A stretch of DNA of 64,000 nt from Candidatus Eiseniibacteriota bacterium (GTDB taxonomy: Bacteria; Joyebacterota; Joyebacteria; Joyebacterales; Joyebacteraceae). Below the pieces are notes generated by a model, which worked only from the letters and a program-made list of their open reading frames with translations, was not told where the DNA came from and did no database searches. The DNA lies in assembly GCA_043815815.1 (NCBI GenBank), contig JBDRIO010000032.1, forward strand, positions 1,350 through 65,349. The letters are read 5' to 3'. The position numbers and the translations under genes were made by a program. Every line of letters begins with the position of its first letter. The stretch's first letter is position 1. Below, in pieces: positions 12,320 through 21,680 of the stretch.

Positions 12320-12841
12320 ATGGACGTACGCATCACCGCAAGGCACTTCGAGCTCGACCCGGAGTTGAAGCGGCACGTCGAAGAGAAGGTCTCGCACCTG
12401 TCGCACTACTTCGATCGCGTGGACGAGGCGCACGTGGTGCTGGACGCGGAGGGAAGACGCATGATCGCGTGCGTTACGGTCCACGCGTCGCGCGCCGTCA
12501 TTTCCAGCGAACAGGAAGCGGGTGACATGAGAGCCGCGTTCGACAAGTCGATAGACAAGGTCGAGCGACAGATCCGGAAATACAAGGGCAGGATCAGAAA
12601 CCGCAAGGGTGGGGAACCGACCGCCGAGGTCGCGCAGACGTCGGGAGGCGCCGCGATCGACCAGATAGGGATCGTCTCCGAGGAACTGGCGGCGCATCCG
12701 ATGACGCCGGTTGAGGCCTTCAAGGAGCTCACAGAACTGAACATCCGTTTCCTCGTGTTCTGGAACTCGGAGACCGAGGCGGTGAGCGTGATCTATCGGA
12801 GGGACGACGGGGATTACGGGCTCGTGGAGCCGGAGGCGTAG
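12320..12841 (+). CDS. hpf: ribosome hibernation promoting factor (long HPF / sigma-54 modulation protein)
   Basis: MDVRITARHFELDPELKRHVEEKVSHLSHYFDRVDEAHVVLDAE, plus the C-terminal dimerisation domain (FLVFWNSETEAVSVIYRRDDGDYGLVEP). Confidence 0.9.
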   Translation: MDVRITARHFELDPELKRHVEEKVSHLSHYFDRVDEAHVVLDAEGRRMIACVTVHASRAVISSEQEAGDMRAAFDKSIDKVERQIRKYKGRIRNRKGGEPTAEVAQTSGGAAIDQIGIVSEELAAHPMTPVEAFKELTELNIRFLVFWNSETEAVSVIYRRDDGDYGLVEPEA

Positions 12842-13810
12842 ATGGAGAGGCTCACCGCTGCGCAGTTCCTTGAACGGCTCGGCGAGGAGCTGGAGCTCAC
12901 CAGCGTTACGGAGAGCGCCGATTCGGCGGACGACATTCTGAGTCCGGACCTGTCGATCCCCGGCCTCCTTCTGGCGGGACACGACAGCGGGTTCCGTTCG
13001 GACCGGGTTCAGGTGCTGGGCGTCGCGGAGCTCTCCTTCCTCGAGGCCATGGGCGAAGCGGACCGCGTGGCGGCGCTCGACCGGCTGTGCGTGGCCGGCG
13101 TCCCGTGCATCGTGGTGTCTGACGGCATCGAGCCGCCCGCTTTCCTCGTCGAGCGAGGGAACGCGTGCGGCATTCCCGTCCTCTCGAGCCCGATCCCGTC
13201 CGACGCTCTCATTCGGCGGATCGGCGCCAGCCTCGAGGAGCTGCTCGCTCCGACGACGACGCTTCACGGGACCCTCGTCGACGTCTACGGGATGGGTCTC
13301 CTCTTCACAGGCAAGAGCGGTATCGGGAAGAGCGAGTGCGGTCTGGACCTCGTGGAGCACGGGCACAGGCTGGTGGCCGACGACGTGGTCCACGTGACGC
13401 GTACCCCACAGGACAATCTCATAGGCTACGGCAACGACCTCCTCCGGCACTACATGGAGATCCGCGGAGTGGGCATCATAGACGTGATGTCGATGTACGG
13501 AGTGAGGGCGATACGACAGCAGAAGAGAATCGAGGTCGAGGTGAAGCTCGTGGCGTGGTCGGACATCGAAGACTACGAGCGGCTTGGTCTCGAGGAGCGG
13601 AAGAGCGAGATCCTGGGAGTGGAGATATCTCAGGTGATACTGCCCCTGGTGACGGGGAAGAACATCACGGTCATATCCGAGGTCATTGCGCTCAACCAGC
13701 TCTTGAAGCTGCGCGGCGTGAATCCCGCGAAGGAGTTCGACGCGAGGCTTCGCGACCTGGCTGGGAAAGGCGCCGACGAACAGGACATCCCACGGGGCGA
13801 CAGCGAATGA
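12842..13810 (+). CDS. hprK: HPr kinase/phosphorylase
   Basis: LHGTLVDVYGMGLLFTGKSGIGKSECGLDLVEHGHRLVADDVV...MEIRGVGIIDV is the HprK P-loop and signature. Confidence 0.92.
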   Translation: MERLTAAQFLERLGEELELTSVTESADSADDILSPDLSIPGLLLAGHDSGFRSDRVQVLGVAELSFLEAMGEADRVAALDRLCVAGVPCIVVSDGIEPPAFLVERGNACGIPVLSSPIPSDALIRRIGASLEELLAPTTTLHGTLVDVYGMGLLFTGKSGIGKSECGLDLVEHGHRLVADDVVHVTRTPQDNLIGYGNDLLRHYMEIRGVGIIDVMSMYGVRAIRQQKRIEVEVKLVAWSDIEDYERLGLEERKSEILGVEISQVILPLVTGKNITVISEVIALNQLLKLRGVNPAKEFDARLRDLAGKGADEQDIPRGDSE

Positions 13811-14205
13811 GCGAGCCGCGCAAGAGGGTCGGCTGCGTCATCGTGGCGCACGGGACGGTGGCGGAGTGCCTCATGGACGGCATCCAGGGCATTCTCGGAA
13901 AGCAGACCGGCTGGGTGACCGTGTCGAACCGCGGTCTGAGCCTCAAGGACCTGAACGACGAGGTCGCGCGGGCCGTCCAGCGACTGAAGAAGGACCACGA
14001 GGTCATCATCTTCAGCGACATGCCCGGCGGCAGCTGTCACCACGCCTGCCAGGAGTTCCTGCGGCACGAGAGCGAGGTCCGGGTCGTCTCGGGGCTCAAT
14101 CTGATGATGCTCCTGGAGTTCTTCGTGAAGCGCGAGCACAAGCCGCTCGATCAGCTCCTGAACCTCATCATCGACCGCGGACGCGATTCGGTGAGACTCA
14201 TCTAG
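13807..14205 (+). CDS. PTS mannose/fructose/sorbose family EIIA component
   Basis: MSEPRKRVGCVIVAHGTVAECL (phospho-His of EIIA-Man)...IIFSDMPGGS. ATG overlaps the hprK stop (ATGA). Confidence 0.8.
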   Translation: MSEPRKRVGCVIVAHGTVAECLMDGIQGILGKQTGWVTVSNRGLSLKDLNDEVARAVQRLKKDHEVIIFSDMPGGSCHHACQEFLRHESEVRVVSGLNLMMLLEFFVKREHKPLDQLLNLIIDRGRDSVRLI

Positions 14206-14218
14206 AGGAGGTGTCCGA

Positions 14219-14728
14219 TTGCCCGTCGTCCTCTTCAGAGTGGACGATAGGTTGATCCACGGCCAGGTGACCGTCGCCTGGGGGGCGTGGCTCACTCCGG
14301 ACCGTGTGGTGCTCGTCAACGACGAGGTTGCCGGTACGGACTGGAAGCGCGACATGTACTCGGCGACCGACTCGATGGGCGTTGCGGTGTCCATTCTGTC
14401 GAACGATGAGTTCGTGGCCGCGAGCGCCGAGGGGCGCTGGGATTCGGAGCGGGTCATCGTCGTCCTCGAGACGCCCGCGGACCTGCTCGAGATCGCCAGG
14501 GCCGGCGTCGACGTGGCCGAGGCCAACATCGGCGGCATGCATCACGCGGAAGGCAAGCGCGAGCTTCTTCCATACGTCTACGTCGACGACGCGGACGTCT
14601 CGGCCCTCATGGCGCTGGCGGGTCTGGGGGCTCGTCTCGACGCGAGGGACGTCCCGCAGGCACGCCCGCCGGACCTCCTCGAACTCATCAGGAAGAGCGG
14701 CTCGGAGCGAAATGGAGGCCGGAGTTGA
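14219..14728 (+). CDS. PTS mannose/sorbose family EIIB component
   Basis: VVLFRVDDRLIHGQVTVAWG contains the EIIB-Man phospho-His motif (RxDxRLIHGQV). TTG start. Confidence 0.8.
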   Translation: MPVVLFRVDDRLIHGQVTVAWGAWLTPDRVVLVNDEVAGTDWKRDMYSATDSMGVAVSILSNDEFVAASAEGRWDSERVIVVLETPADLLEIARAGVDVAEANIGGMHHAEGKRELLPYVYVDDADVSALMALAGLGARLDARDVPQARPPDLLELIRKSGSERNGGRS

Positions 14729-17010
14729 ACAGGGTCTCTCTCGTCATCTGCATACACAACCACCAGCCCGTAGGGAACCTCCAGGGAGTGTTCGAGCACG
14801 CCTACGAACACGCCTACGAGCCCTTTCTGGCCGCGATGGAGGAGTCCCCGGACGTCCGCTTCGTCCTGCACAACACGGGACCGCTGCTCGAGTGGTTCGA
14901 GGACCGGGCTCCGGACTACCTCACGCGCGTCCGAGCTCTCGTCGACCGCGGCCAGGTCGAGATACTGGGCGGCGCGTTCTACGAACCGATACTGGCGACG
15001 ATCCCCGCGAGGGACGCCGTCGGGCAGATTCGGCGCATGACGTCGTACGTGGAGGAGCGATTCGGCGCGAGGCCGCGCGGGATGTGGCTCGCGGAGCGCG
15101 TGTGGGAACCACATCTGGCCCGCGTGGTGGCCGAGGCAGGGATCGAGTATCTTCCCGTCGACGACTACGAGTTCCAGTTGACCGGCGTGCCGGCCGAGGA
15201 CCTGAACGGCTACTTCATTACTGAAGACCAGGGCGTTCCGCTCAAGGTCTTCCCGATATCCAAGTCGCTGCGCTACGCCATCCCGTTCCAGGACCCCTCC
15301 GTCACGATCGAGGCGCTCCGCTCTCTCTCGGAGCGCGGCCCGGGGCTCTGCGCCGTCTTCGGGGACGACGGCGAGAAGTTCGGGGTCTGGCCGGGCACCC
15401 ACGCGCACGTGTACGGGAACGGGTGGTTGCGCAGATTCCTGCAGGCGCTCAGCGCCAACTCCGACTGGCTCAAGACGACCACGTTCGCCGACGTCGTCGA
15501 TTCGGTCCCCGCGCGCGGGCGCGTCTATCTGCCTGCGTCGTCGTATCCGGAGATGATGGAGTGGGCACTGCCGACGAGGGCGCGGCGCACGTACGAGCGC
15601 ATGCTCGACACGCTCAAGGCCGAGAACAGATTCGACGAGTGGGGTCCGTATCTCTCGGGAGGGACGTGGAGAGGCTTCATCGCCAAGTACGACGAGTCCA
15701 ATCTTATGGTGCGCAAGATGATGCGCGTCAGCGGTAAACTCGACCTCGCCCGCAAGACGATCGAGCGTCTCCGTGAGTCCGACGACCTCGGGCACGCCAC
15801 TCGCGAGGCCGGCGCCGGTCGGGAGCCGGCGGTCGACCCGGCCGCCGCCGACGAAGCGGCGACGGAGCTGTGGCGGGGGCAGTGCAATTGCGCCTACTGG
15901 CACGGAGTGTTCGGCGGGCTCTACCTGCCGCATCTCAGGGCGGCCGTGTACGAACATCTGATCAGGGCCGAGAACCTCATCGAGTCCGCGCGGGGGGACA
16001 GGTGGAGCGCCCTCCAGATCGTCGACCACGACCTCGACGGGAATGACGAGGTCCTGCTCGAGACGCACTGGGCGAACGTCTACGTCGCGCCGGCGCGGGG
16101 CGGCACGGTGTTCGAGCTGGACCTGCGCGAGGCGGCGGTGAATCTCCTGGGCACGATGTCGAGGTACGAGGAGGCCTATCACGACGCGGTCAAGGCGGCG
16201 GGAGAGGCCTCGGCAGGAGAAGCCCCGCGCGGCGACGACGGGCACGCGGGCAGCGAGGCGCCGTCAGGAGGCGAGTTCCCCAACGAGAACGTGTCGAGCA
16301 TCCACGACGGGTTTGCGCCCCGCGAGAAGGGCCTGGAGCGCTTGGCCGTGCCTGACAGGCTGCCTCGGCGAGCCGCCGTGGACCGGTTCCTGCCCGTCGA
16401 CACGAAGCGCGTCGGACTCGAGCAGGACGAGGTCGACGACCTCGGCGACTTCGCGGACGGCGAGTACGCCTTCGAACCGAGCAGGCTCGAGGGCGGCCTG
16501 GGCGTCGTGATGCGGAGGAACGGTCTGGTGGCGGGTGTCCCGACGACGGTCAGGAAGAAGGTGTGCGTCGAGCCGGACGGCGTCACGGGCGTCGAGTACG
16601 TCGTGAGCCCTGAGGAGAACGTGGACGCTCTCTTCACGTCCGAGTGGAATCTGGCGTTCCTGACTGGGGACGAGGAGTACACGTGGTTCGAGCACGAGGG
16701 TGGCGAGCGCCGGGCGGCGTCGGCGCGTCAGACGCTCACCGGTGTGACCGAACTCCATCTGAACGACCGGTTGCGGGGGATCAGGCTTCACCTTTCGTTC
16801 GAGCCGGCCTGCACCGTGTGGACCTACCCTCTCGAAACGGCGTCGCAGTCGGAGGGGGGGCTCGAGCGTGTGTTCCAGGCGACCACGATCGTGGCGGTCT
16901 GGAGGCTTGACGCAGGAGCGACCAGAGAACGCGCGGAGACCGGCGGCGGCACTCGCTTCGCCGTCTCGCTCAGGACGGAGTCGCCGGGGACGGACTCCTT
17001 GAAGGGATGA
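14725..17010 (+). CDS. glycoside hydrolase family 57, 4-alpha-glucanotransferase-like (761 aa)
   Basis: ICIHNHQPVGN (GH57 region 1), GQVEILGGAFYEPIL, MWLAERVWEP (nucleophile Glu, residue 124), FGDDGEKFGVWPG (acid/base Asp, residue 214). TTG start overlaps the EIIB stop. Confidence 0.85.
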   Translation: MNRVSLVICIHNHQPVGNLQGVFEHAYEHAYEPFLAAMEESPDVRFVLHNTGPLLEWFEDRAPDYLTRVRALVDRGQVEILGGAFYEPILATIPARDAVGQIRRMTSYVEERFGARPRGMWLAERVWEPHLARVVAEAGIEYLPVDDYEFQLTGVPAEDLNGYFITEDQGVPLKVFPISKSLRYAIPFQDPSVTIEALRSLSERGPGLCAVFGDDGEKFGVWPGTHAHVYGNGWLRRFLQALSANSDWLKTTTFADVVDSVPARGRVYLPASSYPEMMEWALPTRARRTYERMLDTLKAENRFDEWGPYLSGGTWRGFIAKYDESNLMVRKMMRVSGKLDLARKTIERLRESDDLGHATREAGAGREPAVDPAAADEAATELWRGQCNCAYWHGVFGGLYLPHLRAAVYEHLIRAENLIESARGDRWSALQIVDHDLDGNDEVLLETHWANVYVAPARGGTVFELDLREAAVNLLGTMSRYEEAYHDAVKAAGEASAGEAPRGDDGHAGSEAPSGGEFPNENVSSIHDGFAPREKGLERLAVPDRLPRRAAVDRFLPVDTKRVGLEQDEVDDLGDFADGEYAFEPSRLEGGLGVVMRRNGLVAGVPTTVRKKVCVEPDGVTGVEYVVSPEENVDALFTSEWNLAFLTGDEEYTWFEHEGGERRAASARQTLTGVTELHLNDRLRGIRLHLSFEPACTVWTYPLETASQSEGGLERVFQATTIVAVWRLDAGATRERAETGGGTRFAVSLRTESPGTDSLKG

Positions 17011-17014
17011 GCCC

Positions 17015-17695
17015 TTGTCCGACGCGGTCACGATAGCGGCGCTCGCCGGCCTGGCAGGACTACTGGCGCTCGACGCCACCGCCGCCTTCCAGGTGATGGT
17101 GTCGCAACCCATCGTCGCCGGGGCGCTGGCGGGGGCGGTGTGCGGGGACGCGTTCGCCGGTGTCCTCGTGGGCGCGGCGCTCCAGCTCGTGTGGCTGGGC
17201 GCTCTGCCCGTGGGAGCGGCCGGCTTCCCCGACGCACCGGTCGGCACGGTCGTCGGCGTGGGGCTCGCTTCGCTTCTGGCGCACTCAGGGACGGGGGCGG
17301 GCTGGTCGGTCGCGTTCGGGATGACCGCGGCCCTCGTCGCGGCGGAGGCGGGCAGGAGCGTCGTCTCGCGCCTGAGAAGGATGAACGTGCGCCTCGCCGA
17401 AGGCGCGGTCGCAAGGGCGCGGAGCGGCGACCCGTCGGGCGTGTCGGCGGCCGTGTGGCTGGGACTCGCCTCGCGGTTCGTTGCCGCCGCCGGGCTCGCG
17501 GCGGTCGCTCTGACGGTGGCGTACGTGGGGCTCCGAGCCCTTCCCCTGGGTGAGGTGAGGGGAGGCTTCCCCGCGCTCATCTGGGCCGCGCCCATCGCGG
17601 CGGCCGTGGTCGCCGTGAGGTCGCGCCAGGCGCTCGAGCGCGCGCTCATAGCGGCGGGCTTCCTCGCGGGCCTTCTGTTCGTGATCGGGAGGTAG
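17015..17695 (+). CDS. PTS mannose/sorbose family EIIC component
   Basis: LDATAAFQVMVSQPIVAGALAGAVCGDAFAGVLVGAALQLVWLGALPVGAAGFPD matches the EII-Sor pattern. Polytopic membrane protein. Confidence 0.68.
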   Translation: MSDAVTIAALAGLAGLLALDATAAFQVMVSQPIVAGALAGAVCGDAFAGVLVGAALQLVWLGALPVGAAGFPDAPVGTVVGVGLASLLAHSGTGAGWSVAFGMTAALVAAEAGRSVVSRLRRMNVRLAEGAVARARSGDPSGVSAAVWLGLASRFVAAAGLAAVALTVAYVGLRALPLGEVRGGFPALIWAAPIAAAVVAVRSRQALERALIAAGFLAGLLFVIGR

Positions 17696-17701
17696 GCGGC
17701 A

Positions 17702-18460
17702 ATGAACCCGACTGGAGAACGCGCGACGTCGACGGCAGGGCTCGGAGTGCGCGAACGCGCTTCGATCCTCATGCGCTCGTTCTTCATCCAGTCGGTGTGG
17801 AACCCGAAGGGGATGCAGAACGTCGGGTTCTGTTTCGCGCTCCTGCCGGTGCTCCGAAGGGTGGCGGCGGACAGAGACGCGGTCCGCGAGTTCCTCGAGC
17901 GGCACCTGTCGTTCTTCAACACGAATCCGGCGCTCTCGACGTACGCGCTCTCGGCGGCCGCGGCCGCCGAGGTGGCCGGGGACCCGAAGGGCGCTTCGGA
18001 GTTCAAGCGGGCGCTCTCGAGCCCTCTGGGCATGGCCGGCGACTCGCTCCTCTGGGGGGGCGTGCGCCCGGCGGCGGCGCTTCTCGCGGTGTCGGCGGCT
18101 CTCGTGGGAGCTCGCTGGGCGCCGGCGGTGCTGCTCACGCTGTACAACGTTCCTCATCTGTTCCTGCGGGTCAGGGGAGTGAACGTGGGGGCCCGGCAGG
18201 GGCCGCGCGGCGCGCGGGAGCTGTCGAGCGCCCGGTTTCGGGGACTCGTGACCGCGGCGCGCGGCGTCACCTGCTTCGCCGCCGGACTGGCGGCGGCGCT
18301 GGCGATCGGCTTCGACGGCGCGGTGTCGCCGCAGGGACTGGCGACGGCCGGCGGTTTCTTCGTCCTGACGTTCGTGGCGCTCCGGGTCCGCGTTCCGGTG
18401 GCGGCGATAGGTCTCGCAGGAGTCGTTGGCGGAGTGGCCATCATGCTGTCTCGAGTGTGA
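17702..18460 (+). CDS. PTS mannose/sorbose family EIID component
   Basis: RSFFIQSVWNPKGMQNVGFCFALLPVLRRV...FLERHLSFFNTNP matches the EIID-AGA pattern. Confidence 0.72.
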   Translation: MNPTGERATSTAGLGVRERASILMRSFFIQSVWNPKGMQNVGFCFALLPVLRRVAADRDAVREFLERHLSFFNTNPALSTYALSAAAAAEVAGDPKGASEFKRALSSPLGMAGDSLLWGGVRPAAALLAVSAALVGARWAPAVLLTLYNVPHLFLRVRGVNVGARQGPRGARELSSARFRGLVTAARGVTCFAAGLAAALAIGFDGAVSPQGLATAGGFFVLTFVALRVRVPVAAIGLAGVVGGVAIMLSRV

Positions 18461-18523
18461 GCCACGTTGTGTCGAGCGTGAGTCACGTTGTCTCGAGTGT
18501 GAATCGTGTTGTCTCGAGTGTGA
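18440..18523 (+). repeat. 4 x 21-bp tandem repeat spanning the EIID stop and ending at the ptsH ribosome-binding site
   Basis: Units 18440-18460, 18461-18481, 18482-18502 and 18503-18523. Each ends in ..TCGAG(T/C)GTGA with the TGA in the EIID frame. They encode IMLSRV*, ATLCRA*, VTLSRV*, IVLSRV*. Confidence 0.9.
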
Positions 18524-18534
18524 CAGGAGGTTGC

Positions 18535-18801
18535 GTGGTCGAAGGGACCGCGGTGCTTGCGAACAAGCACGGGCTGCACGCGCGACCGGCCGCGGAGTTC
18601 GTGAAGCTCGCGGGCCGATTCGAGGCCGACGTGAAGATCACGAAGGACGATCTCACTGTCGACGGCAAGAGCATCATGGGCGTCATGATGCTCGCCGCCG
18701 AGCGGGGGAGTCAGATCCTCTTGCGGATCGACGGTACCGACGAGCACGCGGCTCTCGATGCTCTCGTGGCGTTCCTCGAGACCGAGCACAAGGAGGAGTA
18801 G
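18535..18801 (+). CDS. ptsH: phosphocarrier protein HPr
   Basis: GTG start 4 nt after AGGAGG (18525-18530). VVEGTAVLANKHGLHARPAAEF places His at position 15, and GKSIMGVMML places Ser at position 46. 88 aa. Confidence 0.9.
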   Translation: MVEGTAVLANKHGLHARPAAEFVKLAGRFEADVKITKDDLTVDGKSIMGVMMLAAERGSQILLRIDGTDEHAALDALVAFLETEHKEE

Positions 18802-18806
18802 CCCCC

Positions 18807-20591
18807 TTGATCGACTTCGCCGAGATAGGGAAGACCAAGTACATCGAGGGCGTTCCCGCCTCGCCCGGCATCGTCATGGGCAGGGCGTTCATCCTCGACA
18901 CAGAGCGTCCGCACGTGTCGGCGGAGACGATCGAGCCTTCTCAGATCGAGCCGGAGATAGCCGCGTTCGAGGACGCCATCGCCGACGTGAAGGCGCAGCT
19001 CGTGAAGCTCCGAAGCGCGCTCGAGGACGAGCTCGGCGAGGAGCACGCGCGCATCTTCGACGCTCATCTCATGATCCTGGACGACTCGATGGTGGTCGAC
19101 GGGACCGTGAAGCGCGTGCGGGAGCAGAAGGTGAGCGCGGCGCTGGCGCTGACCGAGACGATAGGCAGTGTCACGGCCGCGATGTCCAGGACCGACGACG
19201 AGTACCTCCGGGACCGGGTCTTCGACATCAAGGACATCGAGCGGCGCCTCCTGGTGCGGCTTCTCGGTCGCAAGGCCGACTCGCTCAAGCGGCTCAAGGA
19301 CGACGTGATCGTCATCGCCCACCAGCTCGCGCCGACACACACGGCGTCGATGCACAAGGAGCGGGTCAAGGGGTTCGCCACGGAGGCCGGAGGGCGGACG
19401 TCGCACGCCGCGATCATGGCGCGGTCGCTCGAGATCCCGGCCGTGGTGGGACTCGGACGGGTGACCGACCTCATAGACCAGGGCGAGTCGATCATCGTCG
19501 ACGGGACGCTGGGGCTCGTCGTCTACCAGTACGACCAGGCGGTCCTCGACTACTACCTCAAGAGACAGAAGCAGTACGAGGAGTTCGAGCACAGTCTGCT
19601 CACGCTCAGAGACTACCCGGCCGTGACGCGCGACGGACGGAAGTTCGAGCTGGCCGCCAACATAGAGATTCCGGACGAGGTCGACTCGGCGATCTCTCAC
19701 GGCGCCGAGGGGATCGGTCTCTTCAGAACGGAGTACCTGTTCATAGCGAGGGACGAATCGCCGACCGAAGATGAGCAATACGAGGCTTACAGGCACGTCG
19801 TGGAGGCGATGGCCCCCTCGAGCGTGGTCATCCGCACGCTCGACGTCGGAGGGGACAAGTTCGGACCCAGGGAGAGCGGGCGCAAGGAAGAGAACCCGTT
19901 CCTCGGATGGAGAGGGATCCGATACAGCCTCGCCAAGCCCGACCTCTTCATGCGGCAGATCCGGGCCATCCTGCGCTCGAGCGCGCACGGGAACGTGCGC
20001 CTCATGTTCCCGATGATCTCCTCGCTGCACGAAGTGAGGGACGCCAAACAGGTAGTGGAGGCCGCGCGACAGGAGCTCATTGCTCGCGGACAGGAGTTCG
20101 ACGAGGGCGCGGAGGTCGGTGTCATGATAGAGACGCCGGCGGCGGCGGTCATTGCGGACCTCATAGCGGACGAGGTCGACTTCATGAGCATCGGCTCGAA
20201 CGACCTCACGCAGTACGCTCTCGCCGTCGACAGAGGGAACGACAGGGTCGCGTACCTGTACGACGAGTACCACCCTGCCGTGCTCCGGCTTCTCGAGCAG
20301 ACCGTCCGGGCCGCGAAGCGCAGGCGGCGTTGGGTCGGGCTGTGCGGAGAGATGGCGGGCAACCCGCTCGCGGTGCTGCTGCTCATCGGGCTCGGTCTGG
20401 ACGAGCTCTCAACGAGCCCGCTGATGCTGCCGGAGGTCAAGAGCATCATCAGGGCGACGAGCTACAACTCGGCCAGGAAGACCCTCCTGAAGGCCATGGG
20501 CATGAAGACCGGTTCCGAGGTGCGCAGGTATCTCGAGGGCATATTCCGGAAGAAGTACCCGGAGATAAGCGCTACGGAGCTCATAACATGA
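18807..20591 (+). CDS. ptsI: phosphoenolpyruvate-protein phosphotransferase (PTS enzyme I)
   Basis: TTG start 10 nt after AGGAGG. GVPASPGIVMGRAFIL..., GFATEAGGRTSHAAIMARSLEIPAVVG (active-site His), FMSIGSNDLTQY, and CGEMAG near the C-terminus. Confidence 0.93.
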   Translation: MIDFAEIGKTKYIEGVPASPGIVMGRAFILDTERPHVSAETIEPSQIEPEIAAFEDAIADVKAQLVKLRSALEDELGEEHARIFDAHLMILDDSMVVDGTVKRVREQKVSAALALTETIGSVTAAMSRTDDEYLRDRVFDIKDIERRLLVRLLGRKADSLKRLKDDVIVIAHQLAPTHTASMHKERVKGFATEAGGRTSHAAIMARSLEIPAVVGLGRVTDLIDQGESIIVDGTLGLVVYQYDQAVLDYYLKRQKQYEEFEHSLLTLRDYPAVTRDGRKFELAANIEIPDEVDSAISHGAEGIGLFRTEYLFIARDESPTEDEQYEAYRHVVEAMAPSSVVIRTLDVGGDKFGPRESGRKEENPFLGWRGIRYSLAKPDLFMRQIRAILRSSAHGNVRLMFPMISSLHEVRDAKQVVEAARQELIARGQEFDEGAEVGVMIETPAAAVIADLIADEVDFMSIGSNDLTQYALAVDRGNDRVAYLYDEYHPAVLRLLEQTVRAAKRRRRWVGLCGEMAGNPLAVLLLIGLGLDELSTSPLMLPEVKSIIRATSYNSARKTLLKAMGMKTGSEVRRYLEGIFRKKYPEISATELIT

Positions 20592-21652
20592 GCGTGTTGA
20601 ACGACGCTGGAGCGATAAGGCAGGGTGACCCGGGCGGCATGAGTCGGCATCTCGAGAGCTTCCCGGCGCACCTTCGCGACGCGCAGGACATCGGAAGACG
20701 CGCCGAGATCAGCGTGTCGGCCGAGGGCGTGTCGGCGGTGGTCGTGCTCGGGATGGGCGGGTCGGCGATCGGCGGGGACCTGGCCTCCGGTCTGCTCGCG
20801 GGTGAACTCCGTGTGCCGCTCGCGGTGAACCGCGGCTACGACGTCCCGGCCTATGTGGGACCGGACACGCTCGTCTTCGTGTCGAGCTACTCCGGGAACA
20901 CGGAGGAGACCCTGTCCGCCTACGAGGCAGCTCGGGCGCGCCGTGCGCGCATCGTGTGCGCGACGACCGGAGGTGAGGTCGCGAGGCTGGCGGCCGAGCT
21001 GGGTCACGACCGCGTGACGATCCCTGGCGGACTCCCTCCGAGGGCGGCTCTGGCCTACGGGCTAGTTCCCACGCTCGTCGTTCTCGCCAGGCTCGGACTC
21101 ACTGGGGGTGTCGACGAGCGTCTGGACGACGCGGTGAGCGTGGCCGAGGACAACGTCCGCCTGATGGGACTTGACGTTCCCCTCGAGCGGAACCCCGCGA
21201 AGCAGCTTGCCGCGTGGTTCCGGACGGGCATCCCTGTGATCTACGGGACGGTCCCTCTGACGGGCGTCGTGGCGACGCGATGGGCCGGCCAGATCTCCGA
21301 GAACTCGAAGACGGTGGCTCACGTGAACGTCCTCCCGGAGATGAACCACAACGAGATCGTCGGCTGGAGCGGGCCGCGCGCGCTGGCCGGAGAGGGCCGC
21401 GTGGTCTTCCTGAGGGACGAAGGCGACCATGCCAGGGTCGCCCACAGGATCGCCTTCACGCGGGACGAGATAGCACGGACGGGCGCCCAGGTGCGCGAGG
21501 TCGAGAGCAGGGGCGCGACCGGGCTCGGCCGCATGATCTCGCTCGTGGGCACCGGCGACTTCGCGAGTCTCTATCTGGCGACACTCAACGGGGTCGACCC
21601 GACCCCGGTCGAGCCCATCGACCGGCTGAAACGAACGCTGGCGGAGCTCTAG
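20588..21652 (+). CDS. bifunctional phosphoglucose/phosphomannose isomerase family (SIS)
   Basis: VVVLGMGGSAIGGDLA...FVSSYSGNTEETL...NHNEIVGW, the PGI/PMI-family pattern. ATG overlaps the ptsI stop. Confidence 0.72.
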   Translation: MSVLNDAGAIRQGDPGGMSRHLESFPAHLRDAQDIGRRAEISVSAEGVSAVVVLGMGGSAIGGDLASGLLAGELRVPLAVNRGYDVPAYVGPDTLVFVSSYSGNTEETLSAYEAARARRARIVCATTGGEVARLAAELGHDRVTIPGGLPPRAALAYGLVPTLVVLARLGLTGGVDERLDDAVSVAEDNVRLMGLDVPLERNPAKQLAAWFRTGIPVIYGTVPLTGVVATRWAGQISENSKTVAHVNVLPEMNHNEIVGWSGPRALAGEGRVVFLRDEGDHARVAHRIAFTRDEIARTGAQVREVESRGATGLGRMISLVGTGDFASLYLATLNGVDPTPVEPIDRLKRTLAEL

Positions 21653-21680
21653 CGCGCCCTTCAGGCTGAGAGGAACGTCC

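Noticed and set aside
18440-18523. Four in-frame TGA codons as a possible selenocysteine or programmed read-through site.
   Set aside because: There is no SECIS-like stem-loop immediately 3-prime of the TGAs. The units are simple duplications of the gene terminus, and any read-through product would add only seven residues before the next stop.
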